Below the pieces are notes generated by a model that was not told the DNA's origin, ran no database searches, and saw only the letters and a program-made list of their open reading frames with translations. DNA of 64,000 nucleotides from Gekko japonicus (Eukaryota). Below, piece after piece: positions 25,424 to 37,520 of this stretch. Within the stretch, counting starts at the first letter, position 1. Each line of letters begins with the position of its first letter. The stretch lies in the NCBI RefSeq assembly GCF_001447785.1, contig NW_015163611.1, positions 758,549 through 822,548 on the forward strand, read 5' to 3'. A program made the translations under genes and the position numbers.

Positions 25424-25610
25424 GCCCTGACCTGGATCGTTCAGGATGGCCGGTTCTCCGAAGCTAAGCAGGGTTGGCTGTGGGTTGGATGGGAGACCAC
25501 CAAGGAATACCAGGGCCGTGACATGGAGACAAGCAATCTATAAACGTTTCCGGTCTTGAAACCGCTACATGGTCACCATAAATCAACTGTGACGTGATGG
25601 CATGAAAAAT
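25424..25610 (+). mobile_element. 5S rRNA-derived SINE
   Basis: 'gccctgacctggat...gaagctaagcagggt...ggatgggagaccaccaaggaataccaggg' followed by an RTE-like tail. Confidence 0.75.
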
Positions 25611-25683
25611 AAAAAAAATTTAGTGGTAGATCTTATATAAAGAACTGTAATTACATCAATATTATTATGGAGTTGGAAATAAT

Positions 25684-26069
25684 CAGGGCTATTTTGGGGC
25701 AGGAACTACAGGAACGGAGTTCCGGCTGGCTCCCGAGTTGGCCACACCCAGCAGGAACTTATTAGCATAATAGGCCACACCCAACAGCAGAAACATTAGG
25801 ATTGGCTACATTAGGGGTGTGTGGCCTAACATGCAAAGGAGTTCCTGCTACAAAAAAAGCCCTGGGTTTTGCAACAAACAAGGTAAACAGAAGCAAAAGG
25901 TGGGTGTGGCTGGATGACCACACTTCTATTAACATGGGGTGTGTGGCCTAATCTGCTAATGAGCTGTGCTGTCAGGGTGTGGCCTAATATGCTAATGAGT
26001 TTCTGCTGTTGGGTTTGGCCTGTTATGCTAATGAGTTCCTGCTGGGCTTTTTCTACCAAAGAAGCCCTG
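25684..26069. mobile_element. hAT MITE with an extra internal terminus
   Basis: CAGGGCT...AGCCCTG TIRs and a perfect 8-bp TSD GAAATAAT (25676-25683, 26070-26077). Confidence 0.85.
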
Positions 26070-26614
26070 GAAATAATTAACAATAAATAACAAGGAAACC
26101 CTACCATGTGCTTCACTGTATGCAGAAAAATCAAAAGGCCTCACATTGATTTTAGGCTGAATTTGATAAGCTGATGTGATTAAGTTGAGGGAGAGAGCTG
26201 GGTTTATTTCCACTTTGTAAAAGTTGAGTTCAGTAATCTGATAGTGTTTTGAATGCAAATGCTTAGGGTAACTAGGTTTTCCCTGGCCACCAGCGGGGGA
26301 TGGGGGTTACAGTTGCCAGATCCTAACTGGGAAACTTCTGAGGATTTGGGAATGGAGCCTTGGGAGGACTGGGAACCTCAGTGGAGTACAGTGTCATAGA
26401 GTCCACCCTCCAAAGCATCCATTTTCTCCAGGGGAAGTGATCTCTGTAATCTGGCGATGATCTGTAATTCCAGGGGATCCCCAGGCCCCAACTGGAGCCT
26501 GGCATTCCTATAAATTAGAAGGCTCCACTTTGTTGAAGCAGTAGTAGAAGCTGGTAATAGACTTGCTTTGTTATATGTTAGGGATGATTCATTTGATCCT
26601 GCTTTGATACTTAA

Positions 26615-26892
26615 AGCCAGTTTGGTGTAGTGATTAAGTGTGCAGACTCTAATCTGGGAGAACCAGGTTTGATTCCCCACTCTTCCACCTGCTGGATGAT
26701 CTTGAGCAAGCCATAGTTCTGGCACAGCTGGTCTTGAAAAAGAGCAGTTTCTGTCAGAGCTCTCTCAGCCCCACCTACCTCACAGGTGTCTGTTGTGGGG
26801 AGGGGAAGGGAAAGGAGTTTGTAAGCCGCTCTGAGACTCCCTTGGGTAATGAAGGGCAGGGCATAAATCCAATATCTTCTTCTTCTTCTTCT
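26615..26892 (+). mobile_element. tRNA/CORE SINE with (TTC)n tail (Squam3-like)
   Basis: tRNA-like A/B-box head, CORE-like 'acctacctcacaggtgtctgttgtg' and a (ttc)n tail. Other copies at 33810-33925 (+), 42573-42825 (-) and 54570-54745 (-). Confidence 0.8.
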
Positions 26893-27504
26893 TAACACTG
26901 ATTTGTAACCCTACTTTCCTGGAACATCTTTGGCCCCAGTTTAGCTCTGGCATATTTGATTGATAGGAAGCATATGCTGTGAGTAGCAGATAATTATGGG
27001 GGTGGTAATAATTTGACTGGTCTTCAGTCAACATAAGGAAGTGGAATCAAACTGGATTTTTAATGGCTGGGGTTTTAACAGTATGTTAATTTGAATGATT
27101 TCATGTTGTTTAATGATTTTATTGTGCTCTACGTTGTGAGCTGCCTTGAACAGCTTAACTGGAGACGCAGCATATACATTTTCTAAATAAATTAATAAAA
27201 GGCCTTGTTACTGTGTTGCAGTTAAAAGACTTTTTAAGGGAAGAAAACAAAATGTGCATAAAATATTCATCAACATTTTTTGTAAGCCACCTGTTTGGGG
27301 ACAGTTGTTCCTTATAATCGACTGGACCAAAGGGAGTTTAGAGATCTAGAATTTGCAAGTTGAGAAATGGGAAAGGGGAACGTTGGCTGCTAGTGATAAT
27401 CTAATAAGGACAATGTTTTGAATTGATGTTTAATGGGTATGATCAAAGCTTTGAATGGTAAGAAATCATGTGACAGTTGTTATCTATTATTTCAAGCAAT
27501 AGAA

Positions 27505-28025
27505 AGGGGCTATGGCTCAATGGTAGAGTATCTGCTTGTCATGTATAAGGCCCCTGATTCAGTCACCAGCATCTCCAGTCAAAGATCAAGTGATAGATGA
27601 TGTGAAAGGCCTTTGCCTGAGATCCTGGAGACCTGCTGTCTGAATAGAAATGGTGCCTGTTGGCACCATGGTGCCCGCCAGTACTTCCCTTGGTGCCTGC
27701 CAAGCTTCAGAAAGAGGGTGGGGGCATTGTAAGGCAGGGCTTGTTATTGAACGGCTTTTCAGTTGGAGCTTCAGGATGACTGGAAAGCACCTGGGCTTTC
27801 CTTAATCAGTGTGTGGTTCCATTTCCCATTCACTTCTTCCCAGAGTGTGTGAGTAGGGAGGTATTCCATTTAGCTGCACTTCCTGTGGCAGCCATTTTGG
27901 GGTGGTGCTCACCACACAAAATTTGAAATGTCCCCGCAGGCGCAAAAAGGTTGGGGACAGCTGGAGTAGAGAATATTGACCTTATTGGACCAATGGCCTG
28001 ATTCAGTAAAAGACCGCTTCATGTG
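27505..28025 (+). mobile_element. tRNA-derived SINE split by a hAT-like insertion (about 27648-27963)
   Basis: SINE 5' half 27505-27648 and 3' half 27964-28025 are collinear with the 31974 copy. The insert ends 'aaaaggttggggacagctg'. Confidence 0.6.
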
Positions 28026-29367
28026 TCACTGAGACTAGAATGTTCTGTAAAGAACTTATCATAAAATAATTGTATTGTGTATCTTGCAGTTCTGTATGTA
28101 TTAATTCATAGATTTTTTTTTAATGCATAATGACTTGCAGAGTGAATTACAGTTATTTATGTTAAAGCCACAGTTTACTGGGTTCAGGGGTCTTCTTGTC
28201 TACCTTCACATTATCTTTCCAACATGGCTACCAGTTTCATACATATTCCATTTTGACTCCTGGAAGTAATTTGAAACACGTTGTTGTTACACACCAAGTT
28301 GGAAGTCTCATCAGTTTTGAGCTATGCTTGAGGAGATCAGGAAGGCTCCTCCTCTCACGGCTTTCGTCAAACTATGCAAAACTGACTTACTCCAGAGGGT
28401 TTTTCTGAAGAATCACGCGAGACAACTCTCTTGAGGGTAGAGAAATCAGTCTGCCTCTCAAGGCAGCAGCAGTTTATTTTATCCCCATTCTGCTTCCCCC
28501 CTCCCCTCCATCCGTGTGCTGGCTATGTCCTGTTGATCAGAGTTACTGATCAATCCAGATATTTACAGAGTCTGGGATATAGGCTGAAGACTAGGACAGG
28601 TGTGCCTAATTCGCTAATCTCGCCCACATTTTTCTATGCAGGCAATAGACTTGCACTGTACTAAATTAGTAGGGAGTGTGGTCTATACTATTGTGTATAG
28701 CTTGTTGAAACTAGGATCCTACTATGGGATTTTTCATCATTTGTCATGTTAATACTTATGCTTTGCTTCAGTTGTTTTTTTTAGACTTCTGGTTGGTTCT
28801 ACAACCCTAAGTCCTATTACATTGTTTACTGAATGTCCTGTCCATCGATTGGATTGATTGTTTTGACGGACCCCTGCTGCTCTTTTTCTGTGAGGCAGAT
28901 TTTCCCGCCAAAATGCTAAATAGTTGTTTCCCATTCTGTATGAGCAGCCCCTTGGTAACATGTGGTAGTAAATGGTTTATGACTTTCTGAGTGTCCCATC
29001 CTGTGATGGCGAATATATTTGGCATTTGCCCAGGCCAGAGATTTATATAAGCAGGAGCCCACTTGTTATTTCCTTTGTAAATGGCACTTGAAATGAAGTA
29101 AAGTTCAAACAGGAATGATGATTTTATTAAACAGGCACGGTTGGGTTAGGAATATAGAGTGGATGAGAAAACAGGTAAATTTTGTTGTATTTACAAATTA
29201 TGATATTTTGAACAGGCAACAAAGTATTGTTGAAGTTTAGTTCCTTAGAAACTGAGTTATTAACAGGTTTGTTTGTCTTGGAGATTTCTTAACAGTGACA
29301 ACGTGTCTTAGTAAAGATTCAAATAACTATCTTAGTTTCCTGGAGATTGGTACTTTCTTCCTATACT

Positions 29368-29777
29368 CAGGGGTCATTTCATAGAAAAAGAGGTGCAGGA
29401 GTTCATTAGCATACCTCATTAGCATAACTTATTTGCATACACCACATCCCCGTACATCACCTGAAGTGTGTCAGAAGGCAACACCCACCGCTCAGACTCC
29501 ACTGTACTGTTTTGGATTGCTAGCTATTGGGGGGGGGGGAACGTGCAGATCTGTCCTCGCAGAGGAGGGAGAACTTGTACCTGAATTAAACTTGGTCTTA
29601 AAGGTGCCACTGGACTGTTTTGGGCGGGGTGGGGGGCTCTGCAACTTACCTGGCTGCTTCTTGATCTGACTGAGGGCTGCTGTGAGCAGGGGGCGGGGCT
29701 TGTTGCATGTGGCCGCCCCCTGGGCTCTTTACTGCCGGAGCTCTGCTCCTGTGCGCTCCTGCAGGAAATGAGCCCTG
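29368..29777. mobile_element. hAT MITE
   Basis: TIRs CAGGGGTCATTTC / GAAATGAGCCCTG and a perfect 8-bp TSD CCTATACT (29360-29367, 29778-29785). Related to the 25684 element. Confidence 0.88.
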
Positions 29778-30477
29778 CCTATACTTATTCTCCCTCCCTG
29801 TGGTGTTACAGCTTTCCCTTGGACTCTAGAGGAGTCTAATACTGTTTTCTTTTTCACCCAATCTAGGGGTTCCTTCAGTTTTGAATCCACAAAATAACTG
29901 AAAAGGAAATATTCTCCTTTTCCTAGAAACAATTTTCTGTTTGGCTAGACTGGCAGCTGCAACCTACTGACCAGTCCTTCCTGCCAAAACTGACCCTCAG
30001 TTCTTGACCCAGTGAAATAAACTGTTTTCAGCTTGGCTGATGCTTAGACTAAAGTTCTTATATGGAATTCTTCAGATTTGATAGTACACAGTAAGGGCAA
30101 GGAGTTGTGTCCCTTCACTTCACAAGTGAACTTGTCTGTTTCCCTCTGGCTTCTGATATGCCAGAGATTAAACAAGGAGGAAAAGACCCCTTTCCTCAGC
30201 ACTCAGCTGTTCTTAAAGCTCTCCTCAGCTGGCACTGACCAATCAGAGAGAGGAGGGGTGCACACAGTCAGCAGCCTGTCAATCTGAATTTGATGCACTA
30301 AGCATCCTGCTTTTGGGGGTCAGTACATCACAATTGTAGATTGTAATCCACCTTGAGTCCAAGTGAGAAAGGTGGACTATGAACAACATAATAAATAAAT
30401 AAATAAATATCCCACCCCCCAAGATTCACATTTCACAGAAGTGGAGGTATGACATTTAGGACAGGTAAACCAGCATT

Positions 30478-30959
30478 CGCATTCAAAGCAATGGTATTCC
30501 CAGTAGTCATGTATGGCTGCGAGAGTTGGACTATAAGGAAGGCTGAGCACCGAAGAATAGATTCTTTTGAACTCTGGTGCTGGAGAAGACTCTTGAGAGT
30601 CCCTTGGACTGCAAGAAGATCAAATCAGTCAATCCTAAAAGAAATCAACCCTGACTGTTCCCTGGAAGGCCAGATAATGAAACTGAAGCTCAAATACTTT
30701 GGCCACCAAATGAGAAGGGAGCACTCACTGGAGAAGACCCTGATGCTGGGAAAGATTGAAGGTCAAAGAAGACGGGGACGGCAAAGGATGAGATGGTTAG
30801 ACAGTGTCAGAGATGCAACGAACATGAAATTGAGCCAACTTCAGAGGATGGCGGAAAACAGGAGGGCCTGGCGAGATCTTGTGCATGGGGTCGTGAAGAG
30901 TCGGACTCGACTGTGCGATTGAACAACAACAACAACCCTTGAACAACAACAACAACCCT
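30478..30959 (+). mobile_element. BovB (RTE) LINE, 5'-truncated 3' end
   Basis: KAMVFPVVMYGCESWT...RRIDSFELWCWRRLLRVPWTARRSNQSILKEI...RGRQRMRWLD, then a (CAA)n tail. Confidence 0.93.
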
Positions 30960-31973
30960 AGAGCACGTTTTAAGGACTATTATATGAAAACACAGCCAGT
31001 GGGAAAGTTAACAGATCAACTGCTTACCCAACTTGTTTTTTTGAATCGTGCAGGATTTCTTTTCTCGACATACCTAATTAAACCTTTTCATTTTGATTCT
31101 GTATAGTGGTTCCCACTTCAAGGAAAAGGCGGTCGTGTTGGATATGTCTTCTTGGAACTCTTTCATATTGATGGTTTGTGGGAGGGGGAGTTTGCTTTCT
31201 TCTTCTTGTATCCTTATTCGATGTGGTGGTTAGTAAAGGTGAAAAAAATGGTTGAATGGTAGCCGGGGCTGTGGTCGAGGGGGAATACTCTGCAGCCTAT
31301 ATTTCTCCTTTGCTTGCTTGCTGTTCCTTTTCCCCTTTGGAGTGTTTTCAGTGCTTGGAGGAACAGATGACATTACTTGGCTTTCATTTGTCACTCCATT
31401 GGAGTGTGCTGCTTGGAGTGTTTACAGTCCAACGCTACTCCAGTGTTTCATAAATATTTAAAAATGTTTTCTGGCAGAACTCTTTTCGGTGTGGAAAAAG
31501 CACTATGTTACATACACACCTGAACATTCATAATTGGGATGCTCCATGTGCAAAAGGCTGTGTTGTGCATAAGTGCACGCATAACTGATCAGCGCAAGCC
31601 TGACAGGAGATTCAAAGATGGGAGCCTCAAATTAGCTTTTCAGAAATGCGAGTCTGTAGAAATTAACTTTTGAAGTAAGTGTCCATTCTTGAGTGAATGC
31701 AGTCTTTATTCTCTTGTGGTGATTCAGCTCTTCAGCTGTTTAGGAGAATCAACTTGTTTTCAGATTTATTGATCTGTTGCATTCAAAACAAAGTGCCCTG
31801 TAGCACAATGAAGAGGAACACATTTATTATGGTACAGTCTTTCATGAGCCAAAGCTACAGAAATGTATGACACAATGACTGTATTACTGTTTAAGATGCC
31901 ACACCTCTGTTATTGATGTTTAGCTTCTTTTTGTTGTCATTTGGACAGCATGCAAGAAAAAAGAGGATGCTGT

Positions 31974-32170
31974 GGGGCTGTGGCTCAGTGGTAGAGTATC
32001 TGCTTGGCATGCAGGAGATCCCTGGTTCAATCCCCAGCATCTCCGCTTGAAAAGAACTGGTAGTAGGTGATGTAAAATACCTGTACTTGAGACCTTGAAG
32101 AACCACTGCCAGTCTGAGTAGACAATACTGACTTTGATGGACCAGCGGTCTAATTTAAGTCAGCTTCACA
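31974..32170 (+). mobile_element. tRNA-derived SINE
   Basis: GGGGCTGTGGCTCAGTGGTAGAG (A box) and GGTTCAATCCC (B box), continuing into a body shared with several other copies such as 33470-33632 (-). Confidence 0.8.
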
Positions 32171-35149
32171 CATGTATGTGTTTGTAGACGGTATGGTATT
32201 GTTTGTAGAAGGTTGACAGTTGTGGATTTTATCTGAATATAGATTATGGAGCATAAACCCAAAGCACTTTTCCCCTTGATAACCGTGTCATACTAAATTT
32301 GGGTAAATTCTTTCAATCCCTATCTATGGGTGAAACTGGGGAAGGGGTGTATCTCAGTTCCTCTGATGGAATGGCATTTCCATTTGTGGAAGAGAGGGTG
32401 GTGATTTCCACTGATTACCCCCTCCCACTTTGCCCTCTATGGTGACGATCCCGAGAACCCACTGACCCCCCAGCAACAAAATGTTGGGAGTCTCCCTGGG
32501 CCGCAACAGGGGGAGAAAACAGGAGAGTCGTGCTTCGCGAAGTCCATGGTTGTTTGAATAGAAGCTACTGATTCTAATGTACATTCATTATTTTAAATGG
32601 GGTGGGTGGGGGTGGGATGGTAAGCTATTCCGAACTAAGTAATGCACAGTGTGTGGGTTTCGTGCTGTTGACATTCGTCAGTGTGCCTAACAATTGATTT
32701 CTGAAGACAAGACGACCCAGAAAGGTGCCTCTTGATGTACTTGCCAAATGCTGCTACTACATCATCATTATGTATCAATCTTGCTGAAGTTGGGATATAC
32801 AGTAAAGTAATCAAATACACTTGACATTGTCCATTGTACCACCTGTTTTGTATAAAATGGATGATTCCCCCCCCCATGCCAAATCTTATTTATATAACTT
32901 TTATGGAATCCTTTAAAAATAAATCCATGTATTTGCTCTTTCATTTCTGCATCTCTGTTTCATGTTCTTGGGTTACTGGATATGTTTGGTTTTTTTTACT
33001 AGTTTTGTTTTTCCCTCTTTGTGGCTGCAAACATTATCCCTGTGATGCTCTTTTCATTATTATTTATGGCCTGCCTGAGCAATGTTATTACTGTTGATTA
33101 CTCACAATAGGTTATTTCATCAAACTGTTTTCAGAACGCCAAAGGAAAAAAAAATTAAGAGAGGTGAAATCCCATAATTAATGCAGCCAGCATGATTTGT
33201 AGCAGTCTGTGGCTGATGTCTCTCCCCCGCGCCCCCCCCCGCATATTTATAAAGGAAAAACACTTGAATTGCTCTTTTTCTGTTTTTTAACATAAAGCCT
33301 TTGTTTACTGCCACATATATGCGTAGCAGAGAGCTACAGTAAAGTACAACAATCTCCCTATATATGCACACAGAAATGCTTATTTATTTATTCAGCTAGC
33401 TTATTTATAGCCCACCTTCTCACTATGACTCAAGACCGATTACAGAATAAAGAAAAATGAAGCTGATTTATACTGATTCAGACTGGTCTATCAAGGCTAG
33501 TATTCTCTGCTCCATCTGATAGCTTCTCTCCAGGGTCTCAGGCAGAGGTCCTTCACCTGGTTCTTTGAAATGGACTGAACCTGGGGCCTTCTGCATGCGA
33601 AGCAGATGCTCTACCACTGAGCCACAGCCCCCTCCCATATATATGGTCAGAGTATGTTTGTTTCAGGGGTACATTACCTTTTAAATTGTATACATTTAAA
33701 AATATATATTAGTGTTCAAGAGGCTTGGGGTTTTTATAGGAGGGATGGGCAGCTACGGCATCCTGGGTTTTTTGGCGGGGTTAGCCTATTTGTCTATTTG
33801 TTAGGTTAAGGTGTCTGTTGTGGGGCAGGGAAGGGAAAGGAGATGGTAAGGAGATTGTAAGCCACTCTGAGACTCCTTTGGATAGTGAAGGGCGGGGTGT
33901 AAATCCAATCTCCTCCTCCTCCTCCCAACAAAGCTGAGATCCAAGGTGGGTACCGAGATAAGAAAGTATACAGTAGTAACTCATCACCATAAACCAACTA
34001 AAACCATTTCACATAATAATTCTTGCACAAGACAGAATATCCAGCCATAAAATACACCTACAAACCAGTACAGTTAGCAATAAACCATCTCAGAACCAGC
34101 AACTGTGTCTATGTCAACCCACATCATCTCGACTGAGCAAATCCTGCCTAGTTTTAGTTTTTATGTTGTGGTAAGGCTCTTGAGAATCTGTTAAGCTGAA
34201 AGGGGGGGGGAATCGATATTTTGAACAAGAAAATAAATAAAAAGGCAACAAGAGGTTGAGGCAATCCTAAAGGCTTCTTTGTACATACCTATAGATCACA
34301 GTTACTTGACGCCTGATGACTTGCAACTGAATATGTGAACTGTCTTCATGGCTTGAGGTGATGTGAGATAATATGAAAGTTCTCTCTGTAGTGTTTGATC
34401 TGTGATGACTCATTCACACATATCAGTCAACATCTGCTAGAGTCTTGGACTGATGAATATGCATAAGTGAACCTGCCCTTAGATTCAGACCCATCACACA
34501 CTTCACAGTTCAGAATGATCCCTCCATTATGCATTGTGGTAACGTCTGTGTTGTGTTCTTCTGTTTGGTGTCTCCCCCCCCCCTCCAGATGGTTTTGTTT
34601 GCTTGGCTTTATTGTGTAATATCTGTTGGGCTACTTACTGTCTGCCAAGATCAAGGTTCAAGTTCCTTTATTTCCCCAACTATCTCTGATGAATCACCAA
34701 AAACTTGACAGCAGAATGGGAAGCACATACCTTATGTGGCCATCGGCGTTTGTGATTTATCAGCAACAGCAGGACAAAAAAAACCCCAAGAACTTTGAAG
34801 TCAGTATTTGACAAATCAAGAAGGACTTTTTGTTCAAATATTTCTACTTCCAGGATGTGTTTTGATTTAAGCCTTTACAAACACTTGGTAAACGCTTCTG
34901 GAATCCTTATGAGTTAAAGAAACAGTGGATTTAACTTCTCTGTGAGGCTGGTTGGGTATTTTTATGGAGCTCTTTATAAACTATCCTATGAACCTTTCCA
35001 GAAACATTCATCCAGAGGAGTAGGCAGTCAGCTTAATTTTATAGCTATTCATACATGACGGACTGTCACAGTATAAGCAAGTAGGCTTAAAATGAGAATA
35101 TGAGTATTGGATGATTACTTTCATTTTATTCAAATGTAAAGGATGTTTG

Positions 35150-35357
35150 TGTGTGTGTGTCTAAAGTGCCTTCAAGCCACGGTAACCCCTCGCAGGGTTT
35201 TCAGTGCAAAAGATGAACAGAGGTAGTTTGCCATTGCCTACATCTGTGTAGCAACCCTGGACTTCCTCAGTGGTCTACCATCCAAGTACTAAACAGGGTC
35301 GACCCTGCTTGGTTTCTGAGATCTAATCAGAGTAGCCTGGGCTGTCCAAGTCAGGGT
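35150..35357 (-). mobile_element. 5S rRNA-derived SINE
   Basis: Minus strand 'ccctgacttggacagcccagg...gatctcagaaaccaagcagggtcgaccctgtttagtacttggatgg', RTE-like tail and (ca)n end. Confidence 0.75.
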
Positions 35358-35766
35358 AATGCAAAGGATCGGTCAGTTTTATGCACACATCTCTATGTAA
35401 ATGTTTTTCACGTCTACAGTATAAAAGCAGACAATCTTCTTCGTGGTCTATGTGCATCACACCCTTGGGAATAGAATGCACCCGTGCTGACCCTGTTCAG
35501 TACCGTTAGCAAGCCAAAGGGATTTTCGCACCCACTCCCAGGTCACGCGCCGGGCTCCACTGTGCATGACCAAGGAGGGGCACGCAGATCCCGCCAGTTC
35601 TTTTCTGACTGCCGCGCTGGTAGGACGCCTTGCTTCGGTCGGTTAAGTATTTACCTATAACTTGTACTTTTCTGCGTTAGTTAGCCTTTTTCTTTAATTT
35701 TTCTCTTAGTTTAGAGTATTTTTTCTTTCGGGTTCAACTTTGAATTGTTTTCCTCTCTGCCGGCCT

Positions 35767-36096
35767 ATGGCTGCGCAATGGGGCTTCTTCAAGCGGTGTA
35801 AGTCCTGTGAACTAAAGATTTCCCCCTCGGACGGACATTCACATTGTTTGTTGTGCCTAGGGGAATCACACCGCATTGCTTCATGTCGACATTGCCAAAG
35901 TTTTTCGAACCAAACTCGAAAAAATAGAGCTACTCGGTTGCACTTGGCGCTCATGGAGAAGGCTCTTTCCCCACAGTCTTCCTCTCCTTTGGAGACGTCT
36001 GGGCATGCTTCGATGTCTACTTTGCCTTCGGACGCCCCTCTCCCCGCTTCGGGAGCTTCGAGACACTCGATCTATAGTGGAGGATCTTCCTTTTGA
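35767..36096 (+). pseudogene. DIRS ORF1 (gag-like) N-terminal Cys/His finger
   Basis: FKRCKSC...DGHSHCLLCLGESHRIASCRHC; homologous to 56385-56748. Confidence 0.85.
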
Positions 36097-37520
36097 GGGT
36101 GCTGGTACATTACCAATTCAAGGCTCTTCCCTTTGGGCTTTCTACCGCCCCCAGGGTCTTTACAAAGGTGATGGTTGTCATAGTGGCACATCTGCGTCTC
36201 CAGGGAATTCAAGTATTCCCATATATAGACTATTGGTTGCTGGTTGCAGAATCAAAAGAAGTCCTCATTCGTCATATCGACATCACTCTTTCAACTCTGA
36301 CATCTCTGGGTGTTCTTGTAAATCTTCAGAAGTCCATGCGTCAGCCTGTGACTCGAGTACAATTCATCGGGGCTGTCATCGATTCTCTGGACGCTCGGGC
36401 CTACCTCCCCCGTCAGAGAGCGGAGTCTCTCTGTTACGAGATTCAACTGTTATTCCAATCAAACAAAACTTCAGCAGTCCACATCCAAAGGTTGTTGGGA
36501 CTCATGGCAGCCAACACTTCGGTGCTCATGTGTGCACGTCTCTGCATGCGCCCGTTACAATTGTGGTTTCTAAAGAAATTCTGTCCCCAAAGTCATCCTC
36601 CGGACCTACCCATCACGGTTCCTCCTCATGTCCTCCATTCTCTTCGATGGTGGCTATCCGAGACCAACTTATTTGCAGGGGCTCCATTCCAACTTCCCGC
36701 TACGACTGTATTGATCACCACAGATGCCTCTTTATGGGGATGGAGTACTCACATGAAAGGGATGTCTGTAGGGGCACAATGGGACCCTCAATTGTCAAAC
36801 CACCATATCAACTACCTGGAGCTTCTGGCGATACATTATGCCCTCCGGTCATTCCAATGCACGGTAGCAGGGAATGTAGTCATGATTTTTACAGACAACA
36901 CAACCACCGTGTCTTACATCAATCGTCAAGGAGGCACAGTGTCCAGAGCGCTTTGCCGGCTGGCCTTAAGCATCTGGGTGGACTGCCTCCAATGGAAATC
37001 GGTCATCCGGGCTGCTCATCTGCCAGGAATTCTGAACGTCCGTGCGGACTTCTTAAGCAGAGGGGGAGCAACTCATGCGGGGGAGCAGCGGACCACGAAT
37101 GGGAACTCAACTGGAAGTACCTTTGGCCCATTTTCAACCTTCTGGGTCATCTTGAAGTCTATGTCTTTGCGACTCACCACAGTGCGAAATGCAGCCTGTT
37201 TTGTTCAAGGGCAGGAATAGACCCTCTGTCCATGGGGGATGGTCTATTGATCTCATGGACACCTCACTTTGTGTTTCTCTTTTCCTCCCCTTCCTCATTC
37301 ACCGGGTCCTCATCAAGATCCAACAGGAAAACCTCGTTGTCTCCTGGTGACCCCGTGGTGGCCTTGCCAACATTGGTTCCCACGTCTACTTCACCTATCC
37401 AAGGGTCACTTCATCCACTTCCCTCGGGTACCGGATCTTCTTCTGGCCCAACGGGGCCAGATTCTGCATCACGATCCACTGAGCTTCAAGTTGACAGTGT
37501 GGAGCATACACTTTTCGTAA
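36093..37520 (+). pseudogene. DIRS RT (N-truncated), RNase H and methyltransferase-like domain
   Basis: YQFKALPFGLSTAPRVFTK, PYIDY (degenerate YxDD), TTDAS..GW, HINYLEL, TDNTT..SYINRQGG, ADFLSR. Then EWELN..VFAT..KC..F, FPPLP and LVTPWWP.Q.WF across two frameshifts. Confidence 0.9.

Noticed and set aside
31252-31461. Short hydrophobic ORFs as a small membrane protein
   Set aside because: No homology recognised, no clear splice signals, and length expected by chance.
31974-32045. tRNA gene
   Set aside because: Continues into a SINE body shared by many copies and has stem mismatches; it is a SINE head.
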